A stretch of DNA of 64,000 bases, taken from a bacterium. GTDB taxonomy: Bacteria > Patescibacteriota > Minisyncoccia > Minisyncoccales > UBA1441. Both the position numbers and the translations under genes were made by a program. The notes under the pieces were generated by a model, which made no database searches, was not told where the DNA came from, and saw only the letters and a list, made by a program, of their open reading frames with translations. The DNA lies in contig JAKQBO010000007.1 of NCBI GenBank assembly GCA_029559515.1, positions 11,878 through 75,877 of the forward strand, written 5' to 3'. Each line of letters begins with the position of its first letter. The first letter of the stretch is position 1. Below are positions 58,277 through 64,000 of the stretch, piece by piece.

Positions 58277-58882
58277 TTAATTAAATTTAGTTTTTTCTAG
58301 AAAGCTAAGATCAAGATATTTTTTCCGAAGCTCTTCTTTATCAAGAGGCCGGCCCTCGAGATCAAGGCACTCTAGGTAGAAGATCATGCCTTGAATAATG
58401 TCCCGAAACAGCCCAATTTGCTTGGCCAGCGTTTTGGGGTTCATCTTCCGGCGGACACTAGAGTCATGAGCCTGCCCTTCTAAAATAAAGGTGCTGATTG
58501 AGTGACCATGCAGCAGTTGATTTCTAATTTCAGAAAAGTGAGCCATCTTTTTTAAAATACTCTGATGGTTTTTGGCCTGCTCAGTCTTTTGGCCAAAATT
58601 AAAATGACCATAGTAAAGAAACAAAGCCGTTTTGTCTTTGAAGTTAATGTCGTCAACTTGGTTGATAACCTCGCGCCGATCAAAAGCCGGTTGGGCGTGC
58701 CAAAGAGTTATTCGGCGTAATAAGGCATTCAAGCCTACTTCGAGCACTACGTGTAGAGCAATGTAGAGCTCAATCATGTCTTCCTCGTGCAGCTCTGGTT
58801 GAGACAACAGCCGAGCGCACTTTTCTCGCCGAGAAGTGATTAAATAATCCGACTCTGTTTCCGCTAAAGACAAGTAAGGCAT
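58277..58882 (-). CDS. hypothetical helical protein with a HEPN-like RxxxxH motif
   Basis: HVVLE helix, FKDK and IRNQLLHG; start ATG 58882 immediately after the ferredoxin stop. Confidence 0.55.
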   Translation of the reverse strand: MPYLSLAETESDYLITSRREKCARLLSQPELHEEDMIELYIALHVVLEVGLNALLRRITLWHAQPAFDRREVINQVDDINFKDKTALFLYYGHFNFGQKTEQAKNHQSILKKMAHFSEIRNQLLHGHSISTFILEGQAHDSSVRRKMNPKTLAKQIGLFRDIIQGMIFYLECLDLEGRPLDKEELRKKYLDLSFLEKTKFN

Positions 58883-58883
58883 T

Positions 58884-59081
58884 TCAGTCTTCCTCATAAA
58901 TAGCCTCGGTCGGGCACTCTTTCATCGCCCGCTCAATGGCTTCTTTGTTTTCTTCCAGGTCAGCGCCCGCCTTCACTTCAGCTTTGCCGCTACTAATATT
59001 AATTTCAAAAACTTCGGGACAGTTAAACTCGCAGCCGCCACAGCCAATGCATTTATCTTTATCGATTTTTAACTTTTTCAT
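58884..59081 (-). CDS. single-cluster ferredoxin
   Basis: CIGCGGCEFNCPEVF...CPTEAI; start ATG 59081. Confidence 0.9.
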   Translation of the reverse strand: MKKLKIDKDKCIGCGGCEFNCPEVFEINISSGKAEVKAGADLEENKEAIERAMKECPTEAIYEED

Positions 59082-59091
59082 ATTATGAAAA

Positions 59092-59415
59092 TTAATGAAT
59101 TCTCGCTCCCGCCTGAACCTCTTTTTCTGGCTGGAGCAAAACCGGTTCGCCATTGCTAGCGGCCAGCAACATGCCCTGGCTCTCGTAACCCATCATCTTC
59201 CGAGGGGCTAGATTAGCAACCACAACGATCTGCCGGCCGACCAGGTCTTCCGGTCGATAATAAGACTGCAATCCGGCAACAATCTGACGCTCCTCGTCGC
59301 CTAGGCTTATCTTCAGTTTAATTAGTTTATCTGAAACATCAATTGTTTCGGCTTCAATTACCGAAGCAACCCTCAGGTCAACTTTCTGGAAATAATCAAA
59401 GTTAATGGTCTCCAT
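59092..59415 (-). CDS. tRNA-binding OB-fold protein (MetRS C-terminal/Trbp111/CsaA-like)
   Basis: KVDLRVA, RQIVAG, VANLAPRKMMGYESQGMLLAA; CAT at 59413-59415 places it on the minus strand (the track label '+' is wrong). Confidence 0.92.
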   Translation of the reverse strand: METINFDYFQKVDLRVASVIEAETIDVSDKLIKLKISLGDEERQIVAGLQSYYRPEDLVGRQIVVVANLAPRKMMGYESQGMLLAASNGEPVLLQPEKEVQAGARIH

Positions 59416-59453
59416 AAAACAACTTCGTTAATAATTATTTAATATTAACACGA

Positions 59454-60065
59454 CTATCCAACCAAAACCAATGAAAAGACTTGAGTAAAGCCGTTATCTT
59501 TCAGTTCCCGGGCTTTAGCTTTGATATCAGCATGATCCTCCAATGAAACCAGAACCGCCTTTTTCTCTTTGGGTTTAATTGCCTGATTCTGGAGCTGTTC
59601 ATTCCGAAAAAAGTTAACTATTTGCTGGACCAAAACACTAGACAGATCCGAACAGTCTGCCATCTTCTGAGGTGGCGGTGCCGCGATGATCTCAACGGAG
59701 CAATCAGAAAAAAGACGGCTGAGGTCGTTGTAAGAATCACTTTTTAAAAAACTCGCTAAAGCTTGGAGGCCGAGATATTCCAACAGATGAGACGCCCGGC
59801 TTTGATTAATCGTCGCGATTAGGCGCTTCGCCAGGCCCTGGTTTTCCCAAGCAACTATCCTTCGATCTAAATACGAAAAACATTTTTGATGAAGCCATCC
59901 CCCAGGACTAGCCTGGCCACAAGCCGGACAAGCCGGTTCAGCTTCCACTAAGAAAACTTGGCACTCTGGGCAGACATATGCTCCCCGCCGTCCGCAATTG
60001 AGGCAAAAAGGAGGAAAAAGCTGAGAGTAAATAAAATCAGTTCCCGCCCAAAGCAGCTTGAACAT
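59454..60065 (-). CDS. ComF-like protein (double zinc ribbon, degenerate PRT domain)
   Basis: LFPPFCLNC..VCPEC..CPAC..HQKC; C-terminal ARELKDNGFTQVFSLVL. Confidence 0.7.
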   Translation of the reverse strand: MFKLLWAGTDFIYSQLFPPFCLNCGRRGAYVCPECQVFLVEAEPACPACGQASPGGWLHQKCFSYLDRRIVAWENQGLAKRLIATINQSRASHLLEYLGLQALASFLKSDSYNDLSRLFSDCSVEIIAAPPPQKMADCSDLSSVLVQQIVNFFRNEQLQNQAIKPKEKKAVLVSLEDHADIKAKARELKDNGFTQVFSLVLVG

Positions 60066-60619
60066 TATTTTCGATCAGAAGAGTAACTTAACCTAATCGG
60101 TAACACCAAGGCGTCGTCGTGTTCCGGATAGCCGGTCGGATTATCTTTTATTAATACCAGAACAGCTTTTTCTATCTCCAGGCCATCTGGCCAAGAAAAT
60201 GTTACCTGAAAATTAACTAACTCCTCAGTCATCCACTCCCCTGTTGCTGTGGCAATGGCTTGAGTAATCTTTCTTCCTTGATAATCGTAGACTTCAGCTT
60301 GGCAATCAGCTTCAAAAAACCAAAGGCCGGTTAAACGACCGCTAACATTGAGCTCTCCGTCAATAACCGACCAGGGGCCGTCAATGCCGGGAAAATCCAA
60401 TGCCACCAAGGAAGGTTCTTCTTGATAAGCAAGTGAGATCCATCCGTCTGAAGTCCAACATTGCATTGAATGATTGAAAGCTACTGAGTGGCAGTGAGTC
60501 CATTTATCAGAAGCCCCGGTCTCTACTGCTGGCTCCTTAACCTGTTGCCAAGAGGCCCAGCCGATCAAGACCACAAAAGCTAAAACAACAATCAATAAAG
60601 TTATAAAGTCTCTTTTCAT
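60065..60619 (-). CDS. membrane-anchored Gmad2-like immunoglobulin-domain protein
   Basis: N-terminal TM helix, VSGRLTGLWFFEA, WMTEELVNF, KDNPTG; start ATG 60619. Confidence 0.75.
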   Translation of the reverse strand: MKRDFITLLIVVLAFVVLIGWASWQQVKEPAVETGASDKWTHCHSVAFNHSMQCWTSDGWISLAYQEEPSLVALDFPGIDGPWSVIDGELNVSGRLTGLWFFEADCQAEVYDYQGRKITQAIATATGEWMTEELVNFQVTFSWPDGLEIEKAVLVLIKDNPTGYPEHDDALVLPIRLSYSSDRK

Positions 60620-60622
60620 TTT

Positions 60623-60672
60623 AAAAAAATAACATGTTCGCGGGACGAAAGATATTCTTCCGTCCCGCAACA
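60623..60672 (-). terminator. hairpin/terminator downstream of the H1-like gene
   Basis: GCGGGACG...CGTCCCGC stem followed by a T-rich tract on the minus strand. Confidence 0.6.
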
Positions 60673-60713
60673 ATCAAAAATCTGGTTGAAATTAGGGCAA
60701 TACCAGAAGCCAA

Positions 60714-60872
60714 TTACTTCTTGGCTGGACTTTTCTTCTTAGCCCTCTTGGGAGCAGCTTTCTTAACTACCTTCTTTGTAGTAGTCTTCTTGGCTGTCTT
60801 CTTAGGCTTAGAAGTCTTCTTAGTGACCTTGGTCTTCTGAGAAGCCTTGGTCTTGCGGGCACGTGTTGCCAT
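60714..60872 (-). CDS. histone H1-like Lys-rich protein (52 aa), absent from the ORF track
   Basis: MATRARKTKASQKTKVTKKTSKPKKTAKKTTTKKVVKKAAPKRAKKKSPAKK; 21 K and 3 R, no acidic residues. Confidence 0.85.
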   Translation of the reverse strand: MATRARKTKASQKTKVTKKTSKPKKTAKKTTTKKVVKKAAPKRAKKKSPAKK

Positions 60873-60926
60873 ATTAGAAGATTAATTAACTTGGCTGAAG
60901 CAGTCGAATAAATAAAAAAGCCGGCT

Positions 60927-61577
60927 TTAATCAGCCAGCTGACCGACCACCGGATACTTAATAATCTCTTCCAGTACGTGGTAAGAGTAGAACTCTTCGG
61001 TTAGCTCTTGCCCGGCTAGATGAGAGTAGTGATGGCCGTCTCCAAAGACCTCGGTGTTGTCATAAACGATCCCGTCCACCGCTACATAAGCCGGACGGCC
61101 GTCTTGGCCATCATAATAAGACAACTCCTCTAAAGTAAAAATCCGCAGGCCACTCGCTTCCTCTAATGGTTCGCTGACAATGTCTATTTCCAGCCCCTCG
61201 TCCAGTTGAGAATACTCAATTTCCATCTCAGGGCCCGTCTGTTCCGGACGAGACGTTCCCTGATAAAATAATTCAACATAAACGAAAAAGCCCAGAAAGG
61301 CCATGCAGGCTAAGATTAAAACAGTCTTACTGAATTTATTCCAGGCCTGCCAGCGAACAAAAGCCAGACGAAGTGCCAAGCCGACATGAAGCGTAAAGGC
61401 AACAATAATAATTAATGGCAGATACTGCACGTGAAGACCCTGGGACACAGAACGATCAATCAACCCCCGAGTTAATCCATAACCGCTGATTATGTAAAGG
61501 ATAAAAGTCACCAGCAAAACCCAGGCTGAGATGCGGTCTACTTTTGTTAAAAATTTTTCAAGATTTTTTCTCTGCAT
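60927..61577 (-). CDS. membrane protein with a C-terminal cytochrome b5-like domain
   Basis: Three TM helices with His residues; FTLEELSYYDGQDGRPAYVAVDGIVYD, HLAGQELT, YPVVG. Confidence 0.8.
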   Translation of the reverse strand: MQRKNLEKFLTKVDRISAWVLLVTFILYIISGYGLTRGLIDRSVSQGLHVQYLPLIIIVAFTLHVGLALRLAFVRWQAWNKFSKTVLILACMAFLGFFVYVELFYQGTSRPEQTGPEMEIEYSQLDEGLEIDIVSEPLEEASGLRIFTLEELSYYDGQDGRPAYVAVDGIVYDNTEVFGDGHHYSHLAGQELTEEFYSYHVLEEIIKYPVVGQLAD

Positions 61578-61624
61578 TCCTTTGTTGTCAATCTGATTTA
61601 TTTTAGTCTTATTTAAAAAAAAAT

Positions 61625-62683
61625 CTAGTTTTGTTTTTCAGCACCCGATGAATTTTTTGCTTCGCCTTTAATTTGATCGATCAAGTGAACTAATTTTTGG
61701 CGGCGCGTCTGAACAACCTGCCGATATTGATCAGCAACTCGGTCGATATCCCCGCCCAACTTGTCAACAGCCTGATTAAATCTTTGATATTCCTCTTCAA
61801 AAGATTTAATTAATCCGATAATATCTCTCAAGTTTTCCTGGTATTTGAAATTCTGGTGCGACCAGTAAATAGTTCTCAGAATAGCCACGAAATTAAAGGG
61901 TCCAGCCAGAATTACTCTCTGCTTCAACGCATCCATCCAAACATCCCTTAACTTGTCGTAAATAAAACTGAAAACCATTTCATTAGGCACAAAGAGAATA
62001 ACAAAATCAGCCGTCCCTTCTTCCGGATTAATATAAGAACGGCTGGTAACCTCTTTAACCTTCTGTTTAACATCAGCTGAAAACTGTTTCAGGGCAGCTG
62101 CCTTCTCAGGCTCCCCCTGAGACTCCTGGTAATGAATCAAAGCTGTGATCGGAAATTTAACATCGACATTAACCTGAGTTTTGTCCGGCATCAGCAAGGC
62201 CAGGTCGGGCTGGGTGCCTGATTTAGTTTTAGGATGGATGAGGTAGTTTTCCCCCCGAACAAAGCCTACCGCTTGAATCAGCTGCTCGGCCACCTCTTCA
62301 CCGTATTGTCCTCGCTGCTGGTTGTTAGAAAGAATATTTTTAAGATGATCGGTTGAGTCCCGAAGATGCTCAGTCACCTGCTGCTGCTGCTCTAAAACGC
62401 TTTTCAGTTGACCGAAGGTTTCCAGACGGTCTCTCTCTGTTGCCTCCAGCTTCTGCTGGCTGCTTTGAAGCTGCTGTTCAATTTTATTAACTAACTCTTT
62501 AATATCCTCCTTGCGGCTTTCAACATATTCCGTTTCCCGCTTCAGTTTCTCCTCGATCACCTCATAAGACCGCTCTCTGTTTTCTTGAAGCAAAACTTTT
62601 ATCTGCCTCAGCCAGTAATAAAGAACAACAAAGAATAAAGCCAAAGCCAGAATGATTATAATAGCCACGGGATCCCAAGACAT
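61625..62683 (-). CDS. rmuC: DNA recombination protein RmuC
   Basis: TM helix, coiled coil, RGQYGE, QPD, VDVKFP, YINP, DFVILFVPNE. Confidence 0.9.
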   Translation of the reverse strand: MSWDPVAIIIILALALFFVVLYYWLRQIKVLLQENRERSYEVIEEKLKRETEYVESRKEDIKELVNKIEQQLQSSQQKLEATERDRLETFGQLKSVLEQQQQVTEHLRDSTDHLKNILSNNQQRGQYGEEVAEQLIQAVGFVRGENYLIHPKTKSGTQPDLALLMPDKTQVNVDVKFPITALIHYQESQGEPEKAAALKQFSADVKQKVKEVTSRSYINPEEGTADFVILFVPNEMVFSFIYDKLRDVWMDALKQRVILAGPFNFVAILRTIYWSHQNFKYQENLRDIIGLIKSFEEEYQRFNQAVDKLGGDIDRVADQYRQVVQTRRQKLVHLIDQIKGEAKNSSGAEKQN

Positions 62684-62686
62684 AGA

Positions 62687-63385
62687 TTACCTTTTTAAAT
62701 AATATTTTCTTTCTTCGGCAGAAAACCTCTCTAGGGAATATCTTAACATAGTCCGAGGCATCTCACTATGATATTGATCTATAAATTCCTTAGCTGTCAA
62801 CAAATCCCTTTTCCCAACCTCTCTCAGCATCCAGCCAGCGGCCTTATGGATCAAATCCTGGTCATCTTTTAATAACATTCTGGTTATCTTTAGAGTATCG
62901 CGAAAATCATGGTTGCGGATAAAGGCCAGAGTCGCGACGATGCTGATCCTCCGGTGCCAGAGATTTTTAGAGCCAGCTAACTTATAAAGAATTTTTCTCT
63001 CTTGGTTAATTAAATAATCGCCCATTATTCTAGGAGCCGAAACATCAACCAAGTCCCAATTATTGACTGAATCAAGATGGCGACAATAGAAATTAAAGAT
63101 ATTTTTCCTGTCGGCCAAGTCAGCTTTCTCGTATTGATCAATTAGAATCAGCAAACCGGTCAGGCGGTGTTCGTGCCACGAACTCAATAAAAGCTTCTCA
63201 ATCTCTGGATACTTTAGCTTGGTGAATTTGCGAGCTATTTTCCTCTGATCTGGAACCGTCACCCCTAAAAATAAATCCCCGTGGCCGTACTCCCCTGGCC
63301 CAGTTTTAAAAAAACGATGACTGACCGCAGCTCTTTTTCGGTCAGCCATCTTTTTTAACTCGCTCTTAACTTGTTCGGCCTTCAT
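62687..63385 (-). CDS. AlkD-family DNA alkylation repair protein
   Basis: FFKTGPGEYG.GDLFLGV, NNWDLVD, LIHKAAGWMLREVGK, MPRTMLRY. Confidence 0.92.
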   Translation of the reverse strand: MKAEQVKSELKKMADRKRAAVSHRFFKTGPGEYGHGDLFLGVTVPDQRKIARKFTKLKYPEIEKLLLSSWHEHRLTGLLILIDQYEKADLADRKNIFNFYCRHLDSVNNWDLVDVSAPRIMGDYLINQERKILYKLAGSKNLWHRRISIVATLAFIRNHDFRDTLKITRMLLKDDQDLIHKAAGWMLREVGKRDLLTAKEFIDQYHSEMPRTMLRYSLERFSAEERKYYLKR

Positions 63386-63627
63386 CGCAATCCCGCCTCT
63401 TTTAATAATTTATTAATTTTAGCCCGGTCGAAGCCAATCACCAGCCGGTCGCCAACCTCAATCACTGGTACTCCGGTTTGACCGGTTTTCTCCTTCAATT
63501 CTTTTAGAGCTGCTTCACTTTGACTAATGTCAATCTCTTCATAGTCAACGCCTTGCTGCTGAAGAAACTGCTTGGTTGGCAAACAAAAAACACAAGTTGG
63601 TATTGTATATATTTTAACTTTAGCCAT
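63382..63627 (-). CDS. glutaredoxin/NrdH-like protein
   Basis: CVFC, TGQTGVPVI, IGFD; start ATG 63627. Confidence 0.9.
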   Translation of the reverse strand: MAKVKIYTIPTCVFCLPTKQFLQQQGVDYEEIDISQSEAALKELKEKTGQTGVPVIEVGDRLVIGFDRAKINKLLKEAGLR

Positions 63628-63628
63628 G

Positions 63629-64000
63629 TTAAATACCAATTAAATAATGAAAGGCTAAATAGAATAAAACTAAAGCGCCCAATAAGGTTATCCAAGTAAT
63701 AGCCTTAGATCCAGCAACCCAGATCGACTTGGTAAAGACGGCGCCCAAGAAAATAATCAACTCAATCAATAGATAAAAAAAGATATAGAGAATAATGTAA
63801 AAGACATACCCGGAAAGACTAATGCCTGATTCTGCTAAAATGGCCGCAAAAGTAATCGGTATGCCAATCGAACATGGCAGTTCAACCACCGTGACAACCA
63901 GGGCAAAGAATATTACGGCCAAAGCCAAAAGAAACGATCCCTTCTTTGGATTGTCAAAGGATTTTTTCAGCCCTTCAGTAGCCCGCCGGGTTAAGGCATT
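63629..64000 (-). CDS. CcdA/DsbD-like membrane protein (5' partial)
   Basis: Hydrophobic helices with a VELPCS motif, upstream of the glutaredoxin; appears to continue beyond the window edge. Confidence 0.55.
   Translation of the reverse strand, partial: NALTRRATEGLKKSFDNPKKGSFLLALAVIFFALVVTVVELPCSIGIPITFAAILAESGISLSGYVFYIILYIFFYLLIELIIFLGAVFTKSIWVAGSKAITWITLLGALVLFYLAFHYLIGI

Noticed and set aside
59092-59415. ORF track lists this protein on the + strand
   Set aside because: The translation METINFDY matches the reverse complement starting at CAT 59413-59415, so it is a minus-strand gene
60634-60840. 68-aa hydrophobic + strand ORF
   Set aside because: It is the antisense shadow of the Lys-rich H1-like gene (AAG repeats read as CTT/TTC)

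Overview
This 64-kb window is core chromosome from a reduced-genome bacterium, most consistent with Patescibacteria/CPR (Parcubacteria-like). The evidence is intron-containing rRNA genes, a short AspRS and ThrRS, and dense overlapping housekeeping operons for translation, peptidoglycan, chaperones and repair. The rRNA operon is split into three separately promoted units: 16S on + (11.9-14.4 kb), tRNA-Ile/tRNA-Ala behind an intervening femABX gene, and 23S-5S on - (48.4-53.4 kb). The 16S and 23S-5S units converge on a dif-like site (26624-26651) in the 5' UTR of the only Xer recombinase in the window, near where gene orientation flips, so this is probably the replication terminus. Four group I introns are present (S793, L1931, L2593 and one inside the sarcin-ricin loop after U2656), and three of them encode LAGLIDADG endonucleases. 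The 16S lacks an anti-Shine-Dalgarno tail and carries compensated decoding-centre substitutions. The most novel-looking signal is a structured 23S leader whose arms are complementary to the flanks of the separately transcribed pre-16S, a possible trans-coupling device (inference only). Three small genes missing from the ORF track (two membrane peptides, one histone H1-like protein), an ispH remnant and a putative orphan HEPN protein were also found. All calls come from reading the sequence; no database searches were run.
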